This document shows positions 55,543 through 64,000 of a stretch of DNA of 64,000 nucleotides, one piece after another (the stretch's first letter is position 1; each line of letters starts with the position of its first letter). The position numbers and the translations under genes were made by a program. This DNA is from Syntrophaceae bacterium (GTDB lineage: Bacteria > Desulfobacterota > Syntrophia > Syntrophales > Smithellaceae): assembly GCA_025355345.1 (NCBI GenBank), contig JANXZU010000032.1:81-64080 (forward strand). Reading direction: 5' to 3'. The notes beneath the pieces are model-generated. The model had not been told where the DNA came from, did no database searches, and saw only the letters and a list, made by a program, of their open reading frames with translations.

Positions 55543-57371
55543 AAAAAATATTCGTTTCCATATTGATTTTGCTTATTTCGGGATATTGCCTGTACAGTGG
55601 ATATCTCATGTACAAAAACCACCAGCTACTAAATTCCGGTAATCAACGAATACTGCTTGCCTATAACAAATCATCTCTACATAATTCTGCGCACATTCTC
55701 AAAGCATACGAAAGCGTCCTTATCGAAGAAGGAATCCCTTTTGAGAAGGTGGAAGTTCACCTTTTAATGAAATTGTCAGCAAAAAAAATAGCCCGTAACA
55801 ACTCAGCCGTTATTTTCCCCGATGGCTTAGTGCAGCATATGCCGGAAGAACTCAATAGCTGGGTGAAAGAATATTTGGATAATTCCGGGAATATCGCGGT
55901 TATCTACGATGCCGGCATTATGACACCCAGAGGTTACTATCTTGAAAAAGCAACCCTTTCAGATATCACAGGAATAAATTACATAACTTACAATAAATTT
56001 CGGACAGCGGCTTATGCTGTAGGTTCATTGCAATTTGAGTCTTCAAAAAAAGTTGAATATTTTCAGATTCCTCCCGGAAAAATGGATGATGACCGTCGTT
56101 TAACAGGTTATTTGTATGGTAAACTGACATATCCTGTTGCCCGTTGTGAATATGTAAGAACAATTCCTGAAGAAAATATTTTTGCCAGCGTGGAAACAGC
56201 GGAGGGCAAGAGATATCCTGCTATTGTTCTTACTCGATACGGCAATGGTAATGTTCTTTATGTAAATTTGCAGTTGGGTCATCTAAAAGCTAATTCCGAT
56301 GATTTGCTGCTAAGAGTCATATTAAGAACCTTCCTTTTTGATACTTTAAAAACACCTCACCTTGTTAATACAAACCGAGGAAAAGGCGGATTGGTAATTA
56401 ATTGGCACATTGATTCCAAACTAGAATGGGTTAATATCCTGACCAGAATTAATGATAAACATTTTGCCAAAGATCTTCGCTACTCTGTCCATATAACGGC
56501 AGGCGACTTCCTTGATTATCCCGGAGATCAACTTGGTTTTGATGCTTGCGATCACGGCAAGAAATATGCAAAATTGCTTTTACCTTACGGTACGATAGGT
56601 TCTCAAGGCGGTTGGGCTCACAATTGGTTTGCTGAAAAAATGAAAAAGAACTCTATTACGAGGAAAGAGACTGCTTTGTATATTAATAAAAATAAAACTT
56701 GCCTGGAAAGTCTGACTAATTATCCGCAAAGAGAATATTCTGCATCGGGCGGTGTTCATCCTCAACCTTTGATGACAGAAATTCTGGAAGAACTTGGCTT
56801 TAACTCCTACTACTATACAGGTGATAGCTGGTCTGCACCCAACAGAACGTTCAGCAAAGGCACTATGGTATCTGAGAAGGTTATCGCCTTTCCAATAATA
56901 ACACTCGGCAATTCAGCTTCTCTATATGAAATGAAAATTAATAAGCTACCAGAAAAAGCAGTAGAAAAATGGCTCGTTGAATCTACCGACTACATGATCA
57001 AAAACAAGACAATTCGATTATTTTATTCCAATCTAATAGATATTGACAAATATCCCAAGACTGTTAATAATTTTCTGCAATATGCCAAGCAAAAACAGGC
57101 TGAAGGCAAGCTGCAAATTGAACCTATGTCAACTTTTGCCAGCTTTTTCCTTAAATTCCTGGACACAAATTTTTCCTTCCAGAAAGAGGATAATAAGCTT
57201 ACTATTCATTTAAAAAACGAGGAAGGATTAAAAGGAATCACTATAGCTGTGCCGCGCAATTACAATACTTCGCCGGATGTTAACCTAACTCGCGAAGAAG
57301 ATGAAAACTATTATTACTGGACGGTGAATGAAAATGTTAAAGAAAAAAATATTGTTGTTTATAGTCATTAG
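55539..57371 (+). CDS. large membrane-anchored exopolysaccharide-associated protein (paralog of 59234-61096; possibly a YdaL/DUF2194-like polysaccharide-modifying enzyme)
   Basis: N-terminal TM helix. Shares GGLVINWHID, SVHITAGDF, GSQGGWAHNWF and YYYTGDSWSAP blocks with the 620-aa protein. The family assignment is recall-based and weak. Confidence 0.45.
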   Translation: MKKIFVSILILLISGYCLYSGYLMYKNHQLLNSGNQRILLAYNKSSLHNSAHILKAYESVLIEEGIPFEKVEVHLLMKLSAKKIARNNSAVIFPDGLVQHMPEELNSWVKEYLDNSGNIAVIYDAGIMTPRGYYLEKATLSDITGINYITYNKFRTAAYAVGSLQFESSKKVEYFQIPPGKMDDDRRLTGYLYGKLTYPVARCEYVRTIPEENIFASVETAEGKRYPAIVLTRYGNGNVLYVNLQLGHLKANSDDLLLRVILRTFLFDTLKTPHLVNTNRGKGGLVINWHIDSKLEWVNILTRINDKHFAKDLRYSVHITAGDFLDYPGDQLGFDACDHGKKYAKLLLPYGTIGSQGGWAHNWFAEKMKKNSITRKETALYINKNKTCLESLTNYPQREYSASGGVHPQPLMTEILEELGFNSYYYTGDSWSAPNRTFSKGTMVSEKVIAFPIITLGNSASLYEMKINKLPEKAVEKWLVESTDYMIKNKTIRLFYSNLIDIDKYPKTVNNFLQYAKQKQAEGKLQIEPMSTFASFFLKFLDTNFSFQKEDNKLTIHLKNEEGLKGITIAVPRNYNTSPDVNLTREEDENYYYWTVNENVKEKNIVVYSH

Positions 57372-58239
57372 CATCTTAATGCCGATATCAGCTTTTGGGG
57401 AGAATATTTCGTCTAAAAACCCTGCGTTAAAATTGATGAGTTATTATGCCGGAGAAATTAAAGACGCCCGGACAATAAATCCTTATATTGTCAACATAAT
57501 TGCTATTTATGAAATTAGTGCGGGCAGGCATACCGATGAAATCAAGAAATATATTTTGTGGTATTTTGCCCATCTGAATTATCCAGACAAGGCAGGGCTC
57601 ACCGGAAGCATTTATGATTTTGAAATAAACGAAAATGGAAAGGAAATCTCCATTAATAATTACGATTCCGTTGACGGCTACGCAGGGACTTTTTTATATT
57701 TATTAAATCTTTATCACTTAAAAACAGGTGACAAAGCACTGATCAACGCTAACTGGGCGAAAATTAAGGACATAGCTTATTTAATTCCCTATTTGCAAGT
57801 TGAAGACGGACTAACCAAGGCCATACCCAAAGGTAATGATAATGCGCGATACCTAATGGATAATTGTGAGGCATATGCAGGCATTAAGGCTTTTAATGAG
57901 CTTTCCCTGCGCACAGGTCATGGTCAAGACACATCCTACATTGAAACTGAAGAAGAGATAAGAAACGCGATTCTCGAAACTTTATATGATAGTAACTTGG
58001 ACAACTTCTACTGGGCAATAGCTGGCAATGAAAGGCACACTTCTCAATGGTCTGTTTTTTATCCGGATGCTCTAGCGCAACTTTTTCCGATTTGTTTTGA
58101 TGTTTTAAGTTCAGACCGAGACAAGATAGATGCACTTTGGAATGAATTCAACAAAAGATATGGTGATAAAGTAAATACTTTCCCTATGGAACAACGCATG
58201 ATTTTTGAATTAACCAAGGTGAAGATGATTGTTAAGTAA
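57328..58239 (+). CDS. secreted helical-repeat protein, possible (alpha/alpha)-toroid glycoside hydrolase
   Basis: Signal peptide MKMLKKKILLFIVISILMPISAFG. DSVDGYAGTFLYLLNLYHLKTGD-type helices. Functional call is weak. Confidence 0.35.
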   Translation: MKMLKKKILLFIVISILMPISAFGENISSKNPALKLMSYYAGEIKDARTINPYIVNIIAIYEISAGRHTDEIKKYILWYFAHLNYPDKAGLTGSIYDFEINENGKEISINNYDSVDGYAGTFLYLLNLYHLKTGDKALINANWAKIKDIAYLIPYLQVEDGLTKAIPKGNDNARYLMDNCEAYAGIKAFNELSLRTGHGQDTSYIETEEEIRNAILETLYDSNLDNFYWAIAGNERHTSQWSVFYPDALAQLFPICFDVLSSDRDKIDALWNEFNKRYGDKVNTFPMEQRMIFELTKVKMIVK

Positions 58240-58264
58240 GTATAGAAAGAAGAAGGAGGGCTAT

Positions 58265-59191
58265 TTGCGTAATACATTAACAACAATAATGCTTGTTTGG
58301 ACATTAACTAGTTTTATCGCTGTCAATGTTCTCACAGCGGAAACGCAGGAAAAAACAAATCGTATAGAAGCTTCGCACTCCAATGAAAATATTAGTCCGC
58401 ATGCTTCATCCGATATTTGGCAGACAGTTAATCTGCGTAAGGATCCGGTGATGGGAACACAAGAAATTCCTTGGAGAAACCATCGTTTTGAGGCGTCTTA
58501 TACTTATGAATATCTTAATCCTCGTCAAACATACGGCGACTGGCACACGATAAATCTTGCCCTTTACACCGCAGTTTCTCCGACATTTACTTATTTCGTG
58601 GAGGGGGACCTGTTCAACCGCTATGAGGACAACGGTATAGCAGGAACAGTTGGTGCTTATAAATACTGGTCAACCTGGTTAGATACATATTCCGCGCTCT
58701 CCATAGGGTCTAATTCAGAGTATTGGCACCGGTTTCGTGCCGATCATGATTTTCATTTTAAAATCGGAAAAGAGAAATTTTGTGTGCTCACAGCTGGAGC
58801 CACATATATTAATTATTCTGATGATCGTTATGACTTCATTGTTTCCGGAGGGCCGAAGTTTCATTTTTTAGATAAATGGGTTTTTGAATACCGTTTGTTT
58901 TACAATATAACTTATCCTGGATCGGTGAATTCTTTTTCTCATCTCGTAAGCCTGGGTTACGGGCAGGACTATCAGCATTGGACTTTTCTTAATATTTCCT
59001 TCGGCAATGAGGCCTATCTAGAAAACTCCCCAGATCCGGAAAGAGTATATAATGATTCGCTTGAAATTGCACTTTTGCATCGACACTGGCTGGGCAAACA
59101 CTACGGAGTTTTTGGAGAAATAAGTTACTTCTCTTTGAAAAGCGAATATGATAAATATGGAATTAAATGTGGCTTTTTTTATGAATTTTAA
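58265..59191 (+). CDS. predicted outer-membrane beta-barrel protein
   Basis: AAGGAGG Shine-Dalgarno sequence then TTG at 58265 gives a signal peptide (..FIAVNVLTA/ETQ). Alternating aromatic/hydrophobic strands and a C-terminal ...GFFYEF typical of OMPs (YaiO-like by recall). Confidence 0.55.
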   Translation: MRNTLTTIMLVWTLTSFIAVNVLTAETQEKTNRIEASHSNENISPHASSDIWQTVNLRKDPVMGTQEIPWRNHRFEASYTYEYLNPRQTYGDWHTINLALYTAVSPTFTYFVEGDLFNRYEDNGIAGTVGAYKYWSTWLDTYSALSIGSNSEYWHRFRADHDFHFKIGKEKFCVLTAGATYINYSDDRYDFIVSGGPKFHFLDKWVFEYRLFYNITYPGSVNSFSHLVSLGYGQDYQHWTFLNISFGNEAYLENSPDPERVYNDSLEIALLHRHWLGKHYGVFGEISYFSLKSEYDKYGIKCGFFYEF

Positions 59192-59233
59192 TAAAGCCGA
59201 TCTTATTGGAACTATCCGCTAATTTTGGTAAAT

Positions 59234-61096
59234 TTAATCGTTACGCGTGGCATTGAATTTAAAAAACTTACCTGACTTTGCAGTCACGATCCAATTATCT
59301 GTATCGGATATAATAGTTCCTTGACCAGCAATAATTATCGGCTTATTTACGTAGACTGCTTTGGGTAGTAACCAGGCCATGGTTTCCAGGTCTACCGGAT
59401 GTGTAGCTTCAAAACGGTAATTACCTTTGCCTTGATCGATAATATCCCAAATGGTATTTAGACGCGAATTTTCAAACTGCCCCAATTCCGCCATCGTATA
59501 CCATCTGAAAAGGCCTTCACCTGCATACAGATCAGCCCGAGCAAACATGTTGTCTAGAACGGAACGATGAAATTGTGCATACGGTGGATGCATATATATC
59601 AGGCGTACGGTGCGGTATTTTACAACAAAGTCCATGAGGGCGTAATACCATTTCTCTACATCTTTTTCCCGAATATCGTATACATCGAATTCATCCCAGA
59701 CAGCATATATACCCAAAGGAGTAACGCTAAATGCCCACATCTTAGGATTGGTCATGACTCCATCATTATAGGACCGTCTGGGTGCGCATCCCGTATCGCC
59801 GGTATAGTAATAGCCGACGACACCCTGCTTTTCCAGCCAGTCCATCGCCCACTGCGGATTGTTGCCTTCTGGTGCGGAATACTCCAGTGCTGTTTCATTA
59901 GTAATCGCTTTGATGGTTTCAGCGTTTAAGATAAGATATTTTAAAAATTCGGTTTTATTTTTTTCTGTGGCATTATGCCCATAATAGTCATGAATCCAGC
60001 CGCCATGACTACCAATCGCGTGCCCTTTCTTTTTAAGAATCAAAATGCATTTTGCCATGTCCGGATCATTCGGCATGTCAAAACCCAAGCCATCTCCAAA
60101 ATTGACCTGATCTGGCCCAGCGGTAAAATGTATGGAAAATTTTCCGCGATCCCACACACCCATCCTATCGAGAGCTCCGATCGGATTCTGAGCCTCCAGC
60201 GCGTCACAGTGCCAATTTAATACCAGACCGCCACGGGCATCAGGAAACCCAGACAGGCGTGGCAGTTTCAACATCTCAACGCCAAAATAATACAAGAATC
60301 CGCGAAGCAGCATGGCGTCAGTTTCACTGGCAAAATAACCCAGAGGAATATTAACAAAAAGCACTTTGCCCTTGCCATAATTAGTTATACCCGCGGCAAG
60401 ACCATGTTCGGGGGAGACTAAAAGGGCTGCACCTTTATAATCCACAGTTGTAACATAGGTGTAATAATTTATTGTGCCGTAGACGTAACCGGAAATCATC
60501 TGCGGCAGTAACGGCTGTTCAATCTGGAAGCTGTCCTTACCCTGCGGCCGTTGAAGTACGACGGGATTTATTAATAGTTTTCCCTTGTAATCCATTGTTT
60601 TGCCAGGGGGAATCTGCAACTGCCACATCATCCCTGCCATCCCCACAAGCGGTCCGAAAACGGCTTTGGCGCTTCCCACAGCATAATCAACACCGACCAT
60701 AGCACTAAATCTTGATTTCGCAGCATAGAATCCCTTGTCGTCATGCAAGCCGAAATCATATATCAGCATCACATAACCGCCTTCCGCTACATAATTATGA
60801 ATCGCGGTGATCAGAGCGTCACTCGCCCGGAGATGAACCTGATCAGGCAGGATGACGCCGCTTAATTTTACGCCGCTGGATACGGCCTTGATAAATTCTT
60901 TGTCATAAATCGTACTGACAGACAGACCTTCTTCCTTAATGGCATCCAGCCATACTGTAACTTTAACATCGTTTTTAGACTGTCCATCTGGTAACAATAA
61001 CACCAGCGTTTGATTTCCGGTCGCACTATACGCCATACTAGTTAGAAACAGAACTATTATAATTACTTGCAACAATCGTAAAAGTTTTTCCGTCAT
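59234..61096 (-). CDS. secreted paralog of the 610-aa exopolysaccharide-associated protein
   Basis: Signal peptide. Contains GGLVLNWHCD, SIHFTAGPD, GSHGGWIHDYYG and YYYTGDTGCAP blocks colinear with 55539-57371. Confidence 0.45.
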   Translation of the reverse strand: MTEKLLRLLQVIIIVLFLTSMAYSATGNQTLVLLLPDGQSKNDVKVTVWLDAIKEEGLSVSTIYDKEFIKAVSSGVKLSGVILPDQVHLRASDALITAIHNYVAEGGYVMLIYDFGLHDDKGFYAAKSRFSAMVGVDYAVGSAKAVFGPLVGMAGMMWQLQIPPGKTMDYKGKLLINPVVLQRPQGKDSFQIEQPLLPQMISGYVYGTINYYTYVTTVDYKGAALLVSPEHGLAAGITNYGKGKVLFVNIPLGYFASETDAMLLRGFLYYFGVEMLKLPRLSGFPDARGGLVLNWHCDALEAQNPIGALDRMGVWDRGKFSIHFTAGPDQVNFGDGLGFDMPNDPDMAKCILILKKKGHAIGSHGGWIHDYYGHNATEKNKTEFLKYLILNAETIKAITNETALEYSAPEGNNPQWAMDWLEKQGVVGYYYTGDTGCAPRRSYNDGVMTNPKMWAFSVTPLGIYAVWDEFDVYDIREKDVEKWYYALMDFVVKYRTVRLIYMHPPYAQFHRSVLDNMFARADLYAGEGLFRWYTMAELGQFENSRLNTIWDIIDQGKGNYRFEATHPVDLETMAWLLPKAVYVNKPIIIAGQGTIISDTDNWIVTAKSGKFFKFNATRND

Positions 61097-61166
61097 TTTT
61101 TCCTTCCTTGTAAAAATCAGTTTAATACGTTTTCTGTTCGGATTATAATTTATAAATAGAGAGATA

Positions 61167-62144
61167 TCAAATAGAAGTATAACCTAATATCTTATCGTTC
61201 AGCTCCTCAATAATTGCACCTTCGCGTTCAAGTTCCTGCAGATAAACATATGTCTCATTTAACGCCATAAACTTTTCCCAGTCGTCCCATCTGGATGCTC
61301 CTGCGCCGCTCACTTCAGCAGAGATAGAATAAGTTGTTTTGGGTTGGGCATTGAGGCTTTGAAGAATTACCTGTTTGCGCAACTCATGATGAGTGCGGAT
61401 TTCGGCCACCCTTTCAGAGATACCGGTAAACGAGTTACCATGCCCCGGATATATTGTTGTTATCTGCAACTGCTCCACTACATCCAGCGACTCTAAATAA
61501 CTTTTCAACGGCTGATAAATATCATCGAAGATATTCGGGCTTAAGCTGGGTGCGATATAAGGCAGAATGTGATCACCAGCCATGAGCATTCCTTCCTCCC
61601 TAAAGAAGAAGCAGACATGGCCCGCCGCGTGCCCCGGTGTGAAAATTACTTCAAATTTATAATTTCCAAATTCGCGTATTTCATTTTGCTCAAGATAATC
61701 GTCAGCATTAAATGTGGCGATAATGCTGCTGATGTCGTCAATTTCCTCCACCATGGCATCTACCTCTCCGGGTGACATACCATGCCTGGCGTAAAATAGT
61801 CTTGCCACAGGAATTAATTCATCTGCTTTATGAAAATATTGATAAACATTATCGGCAATGGAGGAAAGATGAATTTTTGCCGTAGTTCTTTTCTGCAGCA
61901 ATCCGGCCATACTGCAATGGTCAGTATGAGAATGAGTGATATAAATGTCACGAATTGATTTCGTGCCAAGCCCGATGCTTTTTAAATCCGCCTCGAGCAA
62001 TTCGTAAGACCCGGGCATATTCATGCCCGTGTCAAACAGCGCAACATCAGAGCCCTGCACTAAAGCATATACATGGACGTGCCGCAGACGATAGGGCATG
62101 GGTAGGGTGATGCGATAGAAGTCGGTTTGAATTTCAGTAATCAT
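61167..62144 (-). CDS. MBL-fold metallo-hydrolase
   Basis: HSHTDHCSMAG (HxHxDH) and later GHAAGH and PGHG motifs. Confidence 0.85.
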   Translation of the reverse strand: MITEIQTDFYRITLPMPYRLRHVHVYALVQGSDVALFDTGMNMPGSYELLEADLKSIGLGTKSIRDIYITHSHTDHCSMAGLLQKRTTAKIHLSSIADNVYQYFHKADELIPVARLFYARHGMSPGEVDAMVEEIDDISSIIATFNADDYLEQNEIREFGNYKFEVIFTPGHAAGHVCFFFREEGMLMAGDHILPYIAPSLSPNIFDDIYQPLKSYLESLDVVEQLQITTIYPGHGNSFTGISERVAEIRTHHELRKQVILQSLNAQPKTTYSISAEVSGAGASRWDDWEKFMALNETYVYLQELEREGAIIEELNDKILGYTSI

Positions 62145-62152
62145 CTACAATC

Positions 62153-62273
62153 GGCTTCGTAAAAAACCCATATGCTGCGTTGCGCTACGTCATTCGTCGT
62201 TGCAACATACGTTTAAAGTACGTCTCACTTCTCATGCCTTGCGCGCCTTGCCTCTGGATTTTTTTACAAAGCC
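62153..62273. repeat. MITE-like element (121 bp) with 18/19-nt terminal inverted repeats, related to repeat R1 modules
   Basis: GGCTTCGTAAAAAACCCA (62153-62170) versus the reverse complement of 62255-62273, GGCTTTGTAAAAAAATCCA. The interior has TTGCGCTACG and GTCTCACTT modules also present in R1. Confidence 0.6.
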
Positions 62274-62307
62274 TCCATTTTAATATTTTGCCTAATACTC
62301 AACGGCA

Positions 62308-64000
62308 TTATTCTTCTTTGCGGCTTTTTTGCTGCGATGCACGCTTGGTTGCGTCCAGCTCCATTTTCCGCAAGCGTACACTTTTCGGTGTTATTTCCAC
62401 CAGCTCATCTTCAGCAATGAATTCAATCGCCTGGTCCAGTGAGAGCAGACGCGGCGGGCGCAATATCACCGTCGCATCCGAAGAGGAAGCCCGCATATTG
62501 GTAAGCTTCTTTTCCTTGACTATATTAACATTCATATCGCCCACACGGTTGCGTTCTCCGATAACCATACCGCCGTAAACCTGCGTTCCTACTTCTAGGA
62601 CCATTTCGCCGCGGTCTTCCATGGCAAAGCTGGCATAGGATGTAACCCGCCCGGCGCGGTCAGCCACCAGCACTCCCGTTGTCCGCTGGGGAATCGGGCC
62701 GAACCACGGTGAGTAATTTTCCAGCAATGAGTTCATTACACCACCGCCTTTGGTATCTGTCAGAAACTGGCTGCGGAAGCCGATCAAGCCGCGCGAGGGA
62801 ATAAGAAATTCCATGCTGACTCTGCCGCTGCCTTTATTGACTAGACTCTCCAGGCGACCCTTGCGAATAGATAATTTTTCCGTTATCTTCCCGACAAATT
62901 CTTCCGGTATATCCAGAACCAGCCGTTCGACAGGCTCCATGGTTTTGCCATTTTCTTCTTTAGTAATAACGCGCGGACGCGACACTGTCATCTCATAGCC
63001 TTCGCGGCGCATCGTTTCAATGAGTACGGCCATTTGCAACTCACCCCTGCCACAAACTTCAAAGGCATCAGTTCTGCTCTCCAGTTTCTTGATTTTAATG
63101 GCCACATTGCGCAGCGATTCTTTTTCCAGGCGTTCGAGCAAGTGCCGGGAAGTAAGATACTTGCCTTCGGTACCGGCAAAAGGGCCATCATTTACATAGA
63201 ATATCATTGAAACCGTCGGTTCGTCCACCAGCAGGCGGGGCAATGGTTGCGGATCAAGCAAAGAGGAAATCGTGTCACCGATCGTGACGTTGTCCACACC
63301 GGAGAGAGCAATAATATCACCGGATTCAGCGCTGGTTATCGGCTTTTTGCCCAGGCCGTGAAAAGAGTAAAGCGCCGAAAATTTAACATTGGGTACAATC
63401 TTATTCTCAGTGCAAAGACTATAATTGGTGTTCATCTCCAGTTTGCCATGCTGAATACGGCCAATAGCGATTTGTCCTACATACGGGTCATAATCAAGAT
63501 TAGTTACTAAGAATTGCGGATTAGCTTCATCATCAGCCTCGGGCGCTGGGATGGTGCTAATTATGGTTTCAAACAGCGGATGCAGATCGGTGCTGTCATC
63601 TCCCATTTTCCAGTGGGAAACACCGGTCTTGGCAACGGTAAAAAGAACCGGAAATTCAATCTGGTGTTCATCCGCTCCTAAATCGATAAACAGATCGTAA
63701 GTATCGTTAATGACCTCTTCGATGCGGGAATCGGGGCGGTCAATTTTGTTAATAACCAGTATTATGGGCAGCTTTTTGGCCAGCGCTTTTTTCAAGACGA
63801 AGCGTGTTTGCGGAAGCGGTCCTTCGCTCGAATCAACCAGCAGCATGACGCCGTCTACCATATTGAGACTGCGTTCCACTTCGCCGCCAAAGTCGGCATG
63901 GCCCGGCGTATCGACAATATTAATTTTGACGCCATTGTAATCAACAGCGGTGTTTTTCGCCGTAATGGTAATCCCGCGTTCCTTTTCCAGATCCATCGAA
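62308..64000 (-). CDS. typA: translational GTPase TypA/BipA (N-terminus beyond window end)
   Basis: [17 protein letters not shown] and NKIDR G-motifs. EF-G-like domains without domain IV, and a C-terminal BipA-specific region. Confidence 0.93.
   Translation of the reverse strand, partial: SMDLEKERGITITAKNTAVDYNGVKINIVDTPGHADFGGEVERSLNMVDGVMLLVDSSEGPLPQTRFVLKKALAKKLPIILVINKIDRPDSRIEEVINDTYDLFIDLGADEHQIEFPVLFTVAKTGVSHWKMGDDSTDLHPLFETIISTIPAPEADDEANPQFLVTNLDYDPYVGQIAIGRIQHGKLEMNTNYSLCTENKIVPNVKFSALYSFHGLGKKPITSAESGDIIALSGVDNVTIGDTISSLLDPQPLPRLLVDEPTVSMIFYVNDGPFAGTEGKYLTSRHLLERLEKESLRNVAIKIKKLESRTDAFEVCGRGELQMAVLIETMRREGYEMTVSRPRVITKEENGKTMEPVERLVLDIPEEFVGKITEKLSIRKGRLESLVNKGSGRVSMEFLIPSRGLIGFRSQFLTDTKGGGVMNSLLENYSPWFGPIPQRTTGVLVADRAGRVTSYASFAMEDRGEMVLEVGTQVYGGMVIGERNRVGDMNVNIVKEKKLTNMRASSSDATVILRPPRLLSLDQAIEFIAEDELVEITPKSVRLRKMELDATKRASQQKSRKEE

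Noticed and set aside
62180-62578. 132-aa plus-strand ORF spanning the MBL/typA spacer.
   Set aside because: It starts at a non-ATG codon inside the MITE-like element and runs antisense into the typA 3' end. Its composition is typical of a shadow ORF.

Overview
This is a 64 kb bacterial chromosomal window. Gene content (sigma-54 two-component systems, HD-GYP, Tat-exported DUF362 plus polyferredoxin, B12-radical SAM, NrpR-like regulator) weakly suggests an anaerobic Desulfobacterota-type genome. All protein calls come from motif and family recall on the supplied translations; no database search was possible.

The housekeeping backbone is gdhA, rho-rpmE-prfA, prmC-murA-hisD and typA (3' part only), mixed with accessory blocks:

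1. 9.0-11.9 kb is a mobile-DNA junkyard. It holds an IS with 25-bp terminal inverted repeats and a transposase frame broken in an A7 run, a 40-codon EF-G tail, and a dinJ/yafQ-type pair split by repeat insertions. It also holds five REP-like hairpins abutting a truncated RAYT-type transposase stub.
2. About 7.1 kb of opposite-strand genes sit between prfA and prmC: a 13-blade beta-propeller lipoprotein with an in-frame TAG in its signal peptide, a B12-radical SAM enzyme and a multi-receiver hybrid kinase.
3. 46.3-49.4 kb carries a run of small unrelated same-strand ORFs separated by 64-66 nt imperfect palindromes with RYYYAAC/GTTRRRY-like ends. I read this as an integron-type cassette array with no integrase in the window.
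4. 51.3-61.1 kb is a synthase-type exopolysaccharide locus: wecB, a processive GT2, a membrane-anchored bactofilin-like protein, two large paralogous proteins, a secreted helical protein and an outer-membrane barrel.

A mosaic family of hairpin-forming intergenic repeats recurs at six or more loci and has inflated two operon spacers. No rRNA, tRNA or CRISPR array was seen. Three genes carry single early lesions (A7 frameshift, TAG, TGA) that need read-level verification.
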